Source: Patellaria atrata CBS 101060
Lineage: Eukaryota
Assembly (NCBI GenBank): GCA_010093705.1
Contig: MU006100.1
Location: 594,745 to 658,744, forward strand
Direction: 5' to 3'
Length of the DNA stretch: 64,000 nt
Part shown: positions 12,693 through 24,235 of the stretch, in pieces
Position numbering within the stretch: position 1 is the first letter of the stretch
Layout: every line of letters begins with the position of its first letter
The notes under the pieces: generated by a model
Told to the model about the DNA's origin: nothing
Seen by the model: only the letters and a program-made list of their open reading frames with translations
Database searches by the model: none
Translations under genes and position numbers: made by a program

Positions 12693-14442
12693 ATGAAGTT
12701 TCTCGCAGTATCCGCTGCCGTTGCCGCTCTGGCCTCGGTGGCTTCGGCTAACACTCCGTTTGACGCTCACCACAAGGCTCCTACAGCTCCAATTGAGGCT
12801 CGGCAATTCCATTCCTTCCCCAAGAACTGGAGGCCGAAGTTTCCACCTCTTCCCCGCCTTCCGTGGCACAAGCGTCCTGGTCACGGCCCGAGATCTAAGC
12901 CTCTCGTGAGGTCGGTACGTTGTTTTCCAGTCTTTGAGCAGTTCATAGCACTTTGACGGGTCCGATTGACATCCAGCGTTGCTATGGACGTCCATTGATG
13001 ATTGCACTCCGTAGTTACCAACCGATTGCTGACATAATGAATAGGACAAGCTTCAATCCACCATCAAGGCTAAGAACCTGCTTGAGCATGCTGAAAACTT
13101 GCAAGCAATCGCATACGCGACGACTGCACGCAATCGCGTGTTCGGTAGTCCGGGCCACAACTTCACCGCCCTGTACATCTACGAACTCCTATCCGAGCTC
13201 GATGAGTACTACACAGTCTCATATCAGCCATTCGTAGAGCTCTGGTCCGGCGGTGGTGCTGACGTGATTGTCGAGGGCACTGAACTGACATCCGTTTCGA
13301 TGTTCACCTACTCGCCAAACGGTGAAGTAGAGGCGCCGATTGTGCAGGTTGCTAACCTTGGCTGTGAGGCGGCTGATTATCCCGCTGAGGTTGAGGGAGC
13401 TATTGCTCTCATTTCCCGTGGTACCTGTGAGTTTGGTCTCAAAACCGCGCTTGCTGGTAGTGCCGGTGCAGTTGGTGCCATTATCTACAACAACGTCGAG
13501 GGTCCAATTGCAGGTGGTACCTTGGCCACCCCTACCCGACCGGAGGGTCCCTATCCTCCCGTCGCAGGTATCAGCGGCACTGAGGGTGCTGCAATCATCG
13601 AACAACTGGCTGCAGGTCCAGTGTCCGCTATTCTCGACGTCGAGGCTCTATCAGAAAACCGTACGACCATGAACGTGATCGCCCAGACCAAGGGTGGCGA
13701 TCAAAATAACGTTATCATGGTTGGTGCTCACGCCGACTCCGTCAACGCCGGTCCCGGTATCAACGACGACGGTTCCGGTACCGTCGGTATCCTCGAAGTC
13801 GCCCTCCAACTGGCCAAGTTCAAGACCAAGAACGCCGTCCGCTTCGGTTTCTGGAGTGCCGAAGAATTCGGCCTGCTAGGATCAGAATACTACGTCTCCC
13901 AACTGTCAGAGGCGGAGAAAGACAAGATCAGACTGTATCTCAACTTCGACATGATCGCCTCACCAAACTACATCTACTCCATCTACGACGGCGACGGCGA
14001 CGCATTCAACATCACCGGTCCCCCTGGCTCCGCAGAAGCCGAGGCCCACTTCGAAGCCTTCTACGAAAGCAAGCGTCTCCCCCACCAGCCCACCGCTTTT
14101 GACGGCCGCTCCGACTACGGTCCCTTCCTCGACGCAGGCATCGCCGCCGGCGGCATCTTCACCGGTGCCGAACAGGTCAAGACTGAAGAGGAGGCGGCAC
14201 TTTACGGTGGCGAGGCAGGCGTCGCGTACGATATCAATTACCATCAAGCGGGCGATACCGTCGATAACCTCAATATGGACGCTTTCGTCACCAACACCAA
14301 GGCCATCGCCGACTCCGTTGCTTTCTACGGCAGGAGTTTCTCTAGCTTGCCGGCCAAGGCGAAGAGGGTTAAGCGCTCCGTACCGCTCGTTGTGGGAAGG
14401 CATGCTGGGTGCCACCATGAGCATGTGGATTTGGCTGTGTAA
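12693..14442 (+). CDS. Secreted M28 aminopeptidase (aminopeptidase Y-like, PA domain)
   Basis: Signal peptide. Intron 12915-13044 joins SKPLVRS|DKLQSTIK in frame. PA domain ALISRGTCEF. Metal-binding motifs GAHADSV, GINDDGSG, AEEFGLLGS, NFDM and YHQAGD. Confidence 0.93.
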
Positions 14443-14519
14443 TCTGATAGATGGTTGTGTAGTAGAAGTGGGTGGGTGTTGATGCAATTCAAATACGTAG
14501 ATTTAGTCGAAGATGAAAA

Positions 14520-14547
14520 GATGATGATGATGATGATGATGATGATG
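14520..14547 (+). repeat. (GAT)n microsatellite
   Basis: About 9 tandem GAT units just downstream of the aminopeptidase stop codon. Confidence 0.9.
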
Positions 14548-15001
14548 TGTATAACGCTTGTAGAAGTATAGTTATAGTTATAAGGATGTAGTTACAAAGA
14601 ATACAGAAGTCGTTCAGTTAAAGTATGCACTTCCCATCACGGTACTCATATTCCGCAAATGTACTTTTTCTTGTATTTTTTTTTTTTAACCCGTCTGTGC
14701 TCACTAACCATCAACCGGCTCCCGTCATCTTTCCGTCAAACCTTCAAGTTGCCTTACCGGGTCACGGACGCGATCCGAAGTCATTCACCCTGGACCTTAT
14801 GCTGACAATGGTTTTTGGAATAGGAATGGAGGCCTGGTAGGCCTTATCAAGGGTCGATATGCTAAGTTTTTCTCTTATTCAACGCTTCGGATCGCTCCGG
14901 AATCCCTCTTGATAAGCGTTTCAAAGGGGAGGGAGAAAGTAAGAGCATAAAGTGTTATGACCCCCTCGTCTGTGATTATATTATTGGGTATCTACGTTGC
15001 C

Positions 15002-15047
15002 ATACTACATATACTATACTATACTATACTATACTATACTATACTAT
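15002..15047 (+). repeat. (ATACT)n pentanucleotide microsatellite
   Basis: Run atactacatatactatactatactatactatactatactatactat. Confidence 0.85.
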
Positions 15048-15278
15048 ATATCCGGTATCACTACTTTGTACTCACCACTATACATATTTCCAACGTATCG
15101 GGGCTGACAAGGCAGTGGTCAAACCCACCGTTTCCACATCATATAAAACCGTCATCTCAACGGCGAGAGAGAAAGATTTACCTCTACGACTCTCTCCAAT
15201 CTCAAACATCATAACATATCCACAACCCGCCAAATATAATATCCCACCTCGACCGCGCTTCCCCCTCTCACCCAAACC

Positions 15279-15878
15279 ATGCCAACAGCCTCCGAGATAA
15301 TCTCCGCCCTCAACCTCTCCCCCCACCCCGAAGGCGGCTACTTCATCCAAACCTTCGTCGATTCTAGTCCCACCCCCACCTCATCTTTCTCTCCCCCTTC
15401 CTCTTCCGCATCCACCAACACTTCCTCCTCTTCACCTAGCCCTTCGGCCCCCCCAACCCCTCCCCGCCCCGCAAGCACCTCAATATACTACCTCCTCCCC
15501 CGCCCCCAGACATCCCTCTGGCACCGCATCGACGCCGTCGAGACATGGCACTTCTATACCGGGTCCCCGCTCCTCCTCAGCCTCTCGCACAACGACGGCA
15601 GCCCGACGCGACATCATGTCCTGGGGCCGGACATCCTAGGTACGGGGGGCGAGGCGATGAGACCGCAGGTTGTGGTGGCGAGGGGCGAGTGGATGGCGGC
15701 GCGGAGTTTGGGGGACTGGACGCTGGTGGGGTGTACGGTTGCGCCGGGGTTTAGGATGGAAGGGTTTGAGATGCCGGGAGGGCGGTGGAAGCCGCTTGGG
15801 GATGAGGGGGATGGAGTATATGGGGGAGGGAGCTTGGTGGGAGGAATGGAGAAGCGGAGGGTGACTGGAGCAAGATGA
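15279..15878 (+). CDS. Cupin_5 / DUF985 family protein
   Basis: Motifs LNLSPHPEGGYF, TSIYYLL, WHRIDAVETWHFY and LVGCTVAPGF. A Ser/Pro-rich insert follows the first motif. Confidence 0.9.
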   Translation: MPTASEIISALNLSPHPEGGYFIQTFVDSSPTPTSSFSPPSSSASTNTSSSSPSPSAPPTPPRPASTSIYYLLPRPQTSLWHRIDAVETWHFYTGSPLLLSLSHNDGSPTRHHVLGPDILGTGGEAMRPQVVVARGEWMAARSLGDWTLVGCTVAPGFRMEGFEMPGGRWKPLGDEGDGVYGGGSLVGGMEKRRVTGAR

Positions 15879-16130
15879 GGACTGCGTAGAGGGAAAGGGG
15901 GGCAGCTGCTGGCTTTCTTGAAGTTTGTAGTATCTTCAGGAGACGTTTTGGGGAATAAGTTTTAGGTAGCGCATCAGGGCGCGAAGAGAGCGTGTATGCT
16001 CGAGGCTATTTTGGACTAGGTCACTTTGAACAGATGTTACGTGGAGAGGTATAGACTGTATATAACTTACCTCCTGCGCTGTCCTAAAGGATCCCGCGTG
16101 CTATTTGACCTTTCACTTTGGGACCGAACA

Positions 16131-16357
16131 CCAATACACCAAAAATACAATGAGCCACCCCAATATCCAGCTCAATGTCACATATATCGTTACGGCCTTG
16201 CTCTTCTGCGCTTTTCCGACTGTCTCCGTTTTTGTGACACATACCAAAATACCAAAAGCACAATGAGCCACCCAAGTATCCAGCTCCATGTCACATGTAT
16301 CATCACATCCTTGCTCTCCTGCGCTCTTCCCAGTGTCCCCGTTTTCGTGACCCATAC
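16131..16357. repeat. Diverged 113-bp tandem duplication at the 3' end of the CorA-like gene
   Basis: TGAGCCACCC at 16151 and 16264. Both units translate on the minus strand to similar peptides (VTKTGTLGRAQESKDVMIHVTWSWILGWLIV vs VTKTETVGKAQKSKAVTIYVTLSWILGWLIV) but in different frames. Confidence 0.9.
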
Positions 16358-19300
16358 CATTGTCGGCCACCATGCGACAATCGTCAGCCATCCCACCACC
16401 CACGCGAGCTTCGCATAATCGGCATTCAGAATATACTTCCTCTTACTCACAACAATGATAATCACACAATAGAGCACTATACAACCAAAAGTCACACAAA
16501 GTTGGGCCCAGAGCGGAATCGGATCTCCGCTCCATCCGCCGCTGGCGAAGTATGTCCATACAAGATCAATAGGCACACCGACAAGGGCAATAAATAAGAT
16601 AACCGCTGTAGGGAAGTCCTTACTTGTCATCTTCTGGATGTATAAAGCGCCTGTGAATAATATAAAGGTGCCGAGGGACACGAGGATCTGGGCGTACAGA
16701 GGTACATGATCTCCGTTGACTGGGCTCCAAGCCCAAACGATCGTGAGCGGGATACCAACAGTGGCGATCGAGATACCGAGGAATTGAGGCCATCGCCCAT
16801 AGAACTTCAGCTCTAAAACCGCGACGAAGGACATGAAGCCGTAAAAAATGCCTTGGATGGCGAATGCAAGCTTCCACGAGTCCCAGTGAGGGTTGGCAAT
16901 ATGGTAGTAGTGTGCTACTATGGCCACTGGAAGTACGATAAGCCACAAAGGTAAGAGAATAGCGAAAGCTCGTTTGAACGGGTGATCGACAACTCGTTGC
17001 GGTATGGATGCCAGGGCCATGGCGCATGTTGTTGTAAGCAGAATGCAGGCTGTCGCCATGACAGCTGGGTTTAGATAGTGTGAGGGGCCAAGTGCCACGG
17101 CAAATATAGACATTAGCCAGATTACAATGACTGTTGACCGGAGTGCGCGAATATAGCTTTGTAGAGCTAGAAACACAAGGACTATCATTGACCCGATAAC
17201 CATAATTATGGTGCTTAGGATTCGGAAATGAAGGTGATTGCAGAAAGCCCATATGAGAGACACGGTGAGGGCAAAAAATGGAAGAACGATGAGGACGGCG
17301 CGTGGTATGATGCCAGTTTTTTGCCAGATGAAGGAAATCATGACCCGTGTGGGAATACTCGACGAGCCAGGTACTCTACTGACTTCTCGAATAGTCTTAT
17401 CCATTCGGTCTGCCACATTTGCAAGAAGTCTAGATCGTATGAACCCTCGAAGTAGGTATAGACATACTAGTAGAGTGACAGCGAGGGCGAAGAAGTTTCC
17501 GAGTGATGGTTGATTCTCGCCATCAAAATCCTAAGATTTGTAGTAAGTACCTTAGAAACTACAACCGATTTGTTTTCTAGAGAGGTTTAATGGATAGGGA
17601 TGAATATATGATGAAACGATGCGTACCTTGATCTGCATGGAGAAGAATGTACAAGCAAAGTTGAGAGGAATAAAGAAGAAAGCTAGCTCAGTAAGTCGCC
17701 CGATATTGACCCCCTGCCCAATTGCTTTCTCGCTTTCTATGATAGACATAGAGGACATAAGGGCCTGAAATGACCGATCTACGCGAGACTCTATCTTTTC
17801 CAGATTCTCTTTTAATGTGGAGTAGAGTTTCGCTATTTGCACGGGTTGCAGACTTAGTCTATACATGAAAACATTGATTTGCTCGCTGTCAAGCTGTACC
17901 TGGAGCCATTCCTGGGTCTCAGTCAATCGTGTGTTGTAATCGCTGATACTGACTCTCCATGAGCATAGTAACCGTCGCCACTCCAAGACATGCTCTCGAA
18001 GCATTGCGTTGTCGGACATTTTTCCATCGATGTCATTCAGCGTGTGGACCATTTGAGATAACACGAGATTCCAGTCATCCGCAAGCATTTGGGCAACCAT
18101 CATGTTAATCTCATACTTATTGAAAGGGGTTTGAGCTGTTTGCCAAAACCAATTGTTCTTTAGCGTTTGGATGAATTTTTGACGAAATGACGGAAGTGGA
18201 TCAGAATTCCAAGGGTTTTTTCTCTCTGGAAGGTTGTTGCTCTTGTGGCTGAGTACTTTTGAAGTTTTTTTGGAAGTGAATGTTGATGATCGAATGGGAC
18301 TCTTGAGCATATTCCGCGTTAAAAACGTAGAGGAAATTATACTTTGTTTCTCTTCCTGGACAAGTTGAGAGCTTGGATCATCCAAGTCAATATCGTTCAA
18401 CACTTTATCTGCCCAATCGGAGATAGAGTTGGTAGGAATATCGAGTTTGAATACTTGATGATACTGCCTTAAAGAGCGAGGTTTATCGAAGAGTATAAAG
18501 GAGTATGCCGAATTGGCTTTCTCAAACTTGAAAAATGAGATGCGTTCTTCTGCTGCGGTACCCCATACATCGTCGTCCTTTACCTCAGTGATGACTTGAT
18601 GCGGTCGGTAGGTCTCACAGTCTAGTTTGTACACGGAACGTTTAACGACGTCTTCTTTCTCTTCACTTTTGTCTCGGTTTGTCGGCCCCTTTTTCTGAGC
18701 TTTCCGCCACTGCCTTGCCATCATTTTATTCATACTACGCTTGACATCTTTGAGGTCCACCGGATCGGTTGCGACATCTTTTTGGGTATCGGATATCTGG
18801 ACAGCAAAATGCGGTACAACAAATTTGCTTGTATCCGCATGTGCCTCGTCCAGGGCTTGCTTTTCGTGCGTATATAAGTCTCTTCTGTGGGAGAATAACC
18901 TCCACCACGTCAGAGATCGATGTTCTCCTTTTTCCCTGATCGTGTCGAATATGGTGGAAGACAAACTGTGCTCCACGAGTTTGCACTCGTTTTGCGGAGT
19001 AATCGGATTGTTGACACGTCCATCGGTGTGTTCCAGTTTAGGAAACTCTCCAGGCGATATATGTTCTGCGATTTGGAAATATACCTCAGGAGAAGGATCC
19101 TCGATTAGAAACAGATAGTCTGCTTTTTGTGAACTCGATGTAATACCCTCAATAAAATAGTCCAGGTCCAATAAGTTCGTTATATGTGTTTGCTCTCTCA
19201 GTCGTTTCCCATAGTTCGATATCAATACGATGATGTCTACTCGCTCATTGATTGGATTCACGTTTTGTTTGCTTTCTGCATCATCCTTTTCAACCTTATT

Positions 19301-19486
19301 ATCGCCAGGACTTCCCGTGCCGGCGAGTTCCGTAGTTTCCTCCTGAGGTTCTTTCCCTTCGCTATCTGATCGGATCTGCAAATTTATGCTCCCTGACGAA
19401 CGCCTTGAGGGAGTAATGATGGATGGAAGACCTTGTTCTGGATCATCCTGCGGTGCAATGTGTCCACGACTGAGAGGTAAAGCCAT
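16190..19486 (-). CDS. CorA-like Mg2+ transporter-domain protein with a long multi-TM C-terminal extension
   Basis: Fungal CorA-like tail ALMSSMSIIESEKAI...RLTELAFFFIPLNFACTFFSMQIK. Intron 17626-17531 joins in frame to ORF 16190-17416, which carries many hydrophobic segments. Confidence 0.75.
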
Positions 19487-20046
19487 TTGAATTGAACTTC
19501 ATAGAGCCGGCAATGAAGGGAAAGCAGAAGGATAAGAATGAAACGGACGCAACCTACCTTATTTACATGCTACATTGCCACAGAACTCGCACAAGGCTGT
19601 GAAAAGCTATACTACAAGGACAGGACAATGCTTCTCCCATTATGGAGGGTGACTGGGGAACCTCGATAGACTCGGAAGTTTTTGACTGGGTCAACCTGCG
19701 CCTCCAAGCCTCAGATAGCGAGCTGGTTAGAGGTTCCATTCGTTCGACAGCCGTGATGGCGCCTGCATTGTGCTGCATACGGAACCGCTACCAATGAATA
19801 TGAGCCGGCATGCTTGGTGCGAGATAGCAGCTGAACAAGTCTTTGAAGTTTGATCGTACAAAAGATTTGGATGGGAATAAGAAGAATTTCCCGAGAGATG
19901 AGATGGAATATGTTCGGCAATAAGTAAGATTAGTCATACATACTCACTTATCACTTTAGGTCAGCACGAAAAGCTGTCGTGCAGGATACAAAATAATTTA
20001 ACATATATACAACGTGTCATACCATGTCTCTGAAAATGATACACGA

Positions 20047-23000
20047 TTACATCTTTAACTCCATCTCCTGCACCTTATCATGGCTTACCGGAAGATCGCT
20101 TACCGCCCCGACGGTCCTGGGAGCGATGCTTCTCAGTTGTGTCATCCCGAATCTCATCCCTCTAATCTTCTCACCCCTATTGTCTGCTCTTCTCACACGT
20201 CTCGCAGCTCCAGTCAGACAAACCATGGTCTTATATGTCGGCAGCAGAGTTCCTGGCTTGACTCGTCCTCGCGTGCAGATATGATCAAACCCTCGGAAGC
20301 CTGGTGTATCGGTATTCTTGAAGAATAGGTTACTTGAGAACGTCTGAGGTTTCCATCCTGGCCAATTTGGTATGAGATACTCTTCACACGTCCGAAAAGC
20401 AAGAATAGCATACTGTGCGCGGGCCATAGTCTGGATGTAGAAGTTCCAGATGCGGTTGTCTATTATATATCCGCGCGACATCACATCTGAAATCACTTCC
20501 CCCATCTTCGCATACTTGCGGTTTCTCGCTAGACACCTGAGGTTAATATACAACGGATACGCCAGAATCCCCGCGCGATTACGAGAAATTATGGGGTCAT
20601 GCACGTTGAGGCGGGCGGGATCTATCTTAGGGGGGTAAAGAAGACTTGGTGGAAGGGATTCCTTATGCTCGTTATCTTGACCCGTTGAGGTTATGACCTT
20701 AGTGAAAATTTTGTTGCTCGTACTCGGGACTGGCTTAGTTACAGTCGGAAGTGAATAAATACTCTGCGTCGGTAGTTGTATTAATGGCTTGTAGATAGAC
20801 GTTCCGTCCTCGGGCGCAGACATGTCTTGCATTTGAGACATATGTTCCGTTGTGGATTGTACGTCACCACTGCTAATCTCGGACATTGTGGATTTCTCGT
20901 TAACACTGTTAAGCTCGGAGGTTCGTTCATTTCGTTTCATAAGCTCGAATGTTCGTTCACTCCGTTTCAAAATGCTGAACTTGCGGGCGAAGAGTTCCGC
21001 TTCAGACAAAACCAGGTTCCATAGCTCTTCAATCTGCCGATAACGGTTCTGACGGAAATGGGATGCCATTAAAGCGGAGATAATGCGTATTGGAGGGAGA
21101 ATATCTCTATCCTGGCCCCCTTTAGCCTCCACGTAAACATCAAATAAACTCTTAACGGCGTGGTAAACATCCTTATCACTAAAAGCAGGGTTAATCCTTT
21201 CGAATACATATTCAAAATATGTGTCAGGAAAACCAATCGGGGTCATACGGCCTTGTAACCCAATACTGGGTTGCTTAGAGGCGATATCTAGATATCCTGA
21301 CGTCAAGACGCGTTTTAGACTCCTGTGCAGTACTCTCAGAGCAAAGCCTCGCCGCTGGAGGGGTTCACTGGGTTGCATTCTAAATTTTTCTTGTATACGC
21401 GCTTGCAGATATGCCATTTCTATCGCCGCGGTAGGTTGTGTTCGCGTGTATTTTTTCATGTCATGGTATACTTCAATTGCGCTGAGTGGCCGCCCTGAAC
21501 TGACAAATCCGAGAATGATTATGGTCCAGTGGAACGCAAGGATTCTGAATCTGTTCCGTCTCATTGTTTTGCGGAGAATTTTATATGCCTTTTCCACCTG
21601 TCCGAGCATGCAGAGCGCCTGGATTAATGCTGCATATGTAAATGTATCGAAGGGTACATTCGCATCTTGCATACGGCGATATACCCTCAAGAAAGATATC
21701 ATATCTCTTCGTAGAGCATATGCTGTAAGCAAGATATTCCAGGTGGTTGTAGTAGACTCCACTCGATGAGGATCCCAGTGTTCCTTTATCGCCATCATCT
21801 GCGCAGCGTCATCAGCATAAGCTTCAGCACTGACAAGATCATCCTCATTCACGTATGCTAGCACTATGCTACTCTGCATCGCAGACGTTATAGGGACTCC
21901 TTTGTTATGAGCCAAGTCGAGAAGTTCACGAACACCTTCAACGTCTCCTCTGCGAGCGCACAAGTCGAGCACCGGACCGAACGAAAATGGGTCTAGTTTG
22001 TTAGTATTCACAATCCGTTCAAACCACCTGGATGCTCCATCAATGTCATCAGCTCGGGCATAAGCGTGTAGAACAATATTCCAAGCACCCTTTTCAGGAG
22101 TTATCCCAAAATCTGTGGACATTCGTTCGAAGAATTGGACAGCATCGTCAACTCGACCAAGCCTTGCATTGGCATACAGTACAGTATGTGCGCTCACATA
22201 GTCCACTTGTGCCCCTGACTCTCTGAGCTGGTTGAAAAATTTGGTGACGCTCTCAATATCACCGGAACGAGCAAATGCTCGCATCAGAGTGTCCGTGGTA
22301 TGCTTAGGTAGAACACCGTGGAAATTGCGCCAATCTTCTAAAAGTGTTTGTACTTTAGGGCGCGACCTATTATCGATAGCAAACCGGCACGCATCCTTGA
22401 TTAGGATATGTAGAAACCAGGGAGATGGCTCGAAGGCGTCAGATGCCCGATATAGTCGGTACAACCACCGAGTCATTGCCCTTTTACTCTTCTCGTTATA
22501 ATCTTTGTCAGGTGCCGGGTTTTGCGCATAACTCATCATTGCTTCTTCATAATGACTTGCTCGAAATTGAGCTCGGTGGTTGAGAGACGACCGGGGAAGC
22601 ATGTACATGGTAAATAAGGTCTGGACACTTTTGTAATCAGCATAAGCCGCCTGTCTACAAGCGCGCATTGTAAGTTCGTGTGTGAAATGATCATAAGCTG
22701 CAATGCGGATTGGCGCCCATTGCTCAGACTGAAATGTTACGAAAGGGGCAATGTGCTTTGAATAGGAGAGAGCAAGCTCAACCACATCCGGTAACTCTCC
22801 CACCTCATTCCACAAATCAAGAAGGGCACCATATAGTTTTTCGCCCTTTTCTTCGCGCTGAAATCTCACAAATGATTCGTTAATATCTACGGCAGCTTCC
22901 CAGTTCTCTGTTTGAATCAGACGCGCGATTAACGACGATGATCCGAAGTTCCCATGAACATTTTTGGATATTGCCAATTCGTGGGCTTTTATGGCATCTT

Positions 23001-23790
23001 CGAACTCATTTTTATATATTAAAGACTTTATCGTAGCCCTATAAGTGGACGCATCTATGTCGTGGTCTTTCAGAATGTGAAATAATGCTTTTGTCCGGTG
23101 ACGGTCTATATGGCGACGGGACTGGGCCAGATATCGGAGAAGCTGTTCTTGCATTCGAGGATTCTTCTCATCTTCTCCTAGTTGGCAGTACAAGCTCCAC
23201 GCTTCGTCCTGATCTTCCTTGCCAGGCGATTGCAAGATAGCATCGAGTTCTTTCCCAGGATTTTCACTGCTAAAATTTGACTTTGAGGTATTCCAATCTT
23301 CCAATTCAGCAAGAACACGGGCATCAGAGGAAGAGGTTTCCGTGGAGAGAGGAATTTCTAAGAAGGGAGGAGTTTCTGGGGAGGAAAGGGTTTCTGAGGA
23401 AGGACGGTTTTCTGAGGAAGTTTCCGAGCACGAAGAGTACGGCCGTAGTGGAGCCAACGCTACACCATTCTTTCTCCAATGCTCCAGGTTCTTTCGAGAT
23501 ATTCGGTTTATAAATGCGATTGTCTGCAAAGGATAGAGGAAATCGAGGAAGGGAGAGTCGTAGATCCAGGAAGGGTTATTGATGGATGAATCCCGTCGTC
23601 TGGGCTGGTACTTCGGGTCGTGTTGGAGGATAGAAGCCCACCATGAAGCTGATCCTGGGAGATGAAGGTCACCTGCTCCATGATGCCAAAATGCGGAGTG
23701 CAACTTTCGACGAGCCTGGTATTGATGGCAAGACTTGCGCAGAAGGGATCGTCTACCTGAATCGAGACATGCTGAAGCTCGCTCGAACAT
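20047..23790 (-). CDS. cya5: Mitochondrial PPR protein, COX1 translational activator CYA-5/Pet309-like
   Basis: 1247-aa intronless ORF. N-terminal RRKLHSAFWHHGAGDL and FLDFLYP blocks. Multiple PPR repeats (WNIVLHAYARADDIDGA, TYAALIQALC). C-terminal WNFYIQ..AF..CE.YLIPNWPGW. Confidence 0.85.
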   Translation of the reverse strand: MFERASACLDSGRRSLLRKSCHQYQARRKLHSAFWHHGAGDLHLPGSASWWASILQHDPKYQPRRRDSSINNPSWIYDSPFLDFLYPLQTIAFINRISRKNLEHWRKNGVALAPLRPYSSCSETSSENRPSSETLSSPETPPFLEIPLSTETSSSDARVLAELEDWNTSKSNFSSENPGKELDAILQSPGKEDQDEAWSLYCQLGEDEKNPRMQEQLLRYLAQSRRHIDRHRTKALFHILKDHDIDASTYRATIKSLIYKNEFEDAIKAHELAISKNVHGNFGSSSLIARLIQTENWEAAVDINESFVRFQREEKGEKLYGALLDLWNEVGELPDVVELALSYSKHIAPFVTFQSEQWAPIRIAAYDHFTHELTMRACRQAAYADYKSVQTLFTMYMLPRSSLNHRAQFRASHYEEAMMSYAQNPAPDKDYNEKSKRAMTRWLYRLYRASDAFEPSPWFLHILIKDACRFAIDNRSRPKVQTLLEDWRNFHGVLPKHTTDTLMRAFARSGDIESVTKFFNQLRESGAQVDYVSAHTVLYANARLGRVDDAVQFFERMSTDFGITPEKGAWNIVLHAYARADDIDGASRWFERIVNTNKLDPFSFGPVLDLCARRGDVEGVRELLDLAHNKGVPITSAMQSSIVLAYVNEDDLVSAEAYADDAAQMMAIKEHWDPHRVESTTTTWNILLTAYALRRDMISFLRVYRRMQDANVPFDTFTYAALIQALCMLGQVEKAYKILRKTMRRNRFRILAFHWTIIILGFVSSGRPLSAIEVYHDMKKYTRTQPTAAIEMAYLQARIQEKFRMQPSEPLQRRGFALRVLHRSLKRVLTSGYLDIASKQPSIGLQGRMTPIGFPDTYFEYVFERINPAFSDKDVYHAVKSLFDVYVEAKGGQDRDILPPIRIISALMASHFRQNRYRQIEELWNLVLSEAELFARKFSILKRSERTFELMKRNERTSELNSVNEKSTMSEISSGDVQSTTEHMSQMQDMSAPEDGTSIYKPLIQLPTQSIYSLPTVTKPVPSTSNKIFTKVITSTGQDNEHKESLPPSLLYPPKIDPARLNVHDPIISRNRAGILAYPLYINLRCLARNRKYAKMGEVISDVMSRGYIIDNRIWNFYIQTMARAQYAILAFRTCEEYLIPNWPGWKPQTFSSNLFFKNTDTPGFRGFDHICTRGRVKPGTLLPTYKTMVCLTGAARRVRRADNRGEKIRGMRFGMTQLRSIAPRTVGAVSDLPVSHDKVQEMELKM

Positions 23791-24235
23791 GCCCCGAACT
23801 ATACACGATAGCAGATTGGGACTGCTTCACTGTAAATGGTATAAGACAAATTTCAAAAATCTTTGATCGTTGAACGCGTCAATTCATGTTAGGTAGTAAT
23901 TCTTGATTGTGGCGCAACGTGCTCCCTATGAAGTTAGGAAGCTAGATGGAAGGCAGGGTGGAACTATAGATCGCAAAGAATAGAGAAAGCATTAAAGAAA
24001 GCACAATATAGAGACGAATATGAAAGAGGGAATTTGATCGGTAGCAGGGGCGACAGAGGGTTAAATTGATGATATTTGCTCCTCACGGCAATCTCCTTTT
24101 CCAGAGCTCGTCGGCGAAATGCTCGCTACGGTGCACCACAACACCTCCATTTGTTATGTCACCCCACCACAATTACATGAGCACTGTGGTGTCTCTGGCA
24201 AATATTAAACAAATTGACATTCGAGAGATAAAGTC
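23791..24235. promoter_or_regulatory. Short bidirectional promoter region between cya5 and SRP68
   Basis: Head-to-head start codons are separated by 445 bp. No specific element was assigned. Confidence 0.5.

Noticed and set aside
12990..13035. Box C/D snoRNA in the aminopeptidase intron (TGATGA...CTGA)
   Set aside because: The boxes are only about 30 nt apart and the CTGA is part of the branch site GCTGAC.
14842..14918. Inverted repeat CTTATCAAG...CTTGATAAG as a MITE
   Set aside because: The arms are only about 9 bp with no TSD. At most this is a pair of GATA sites.
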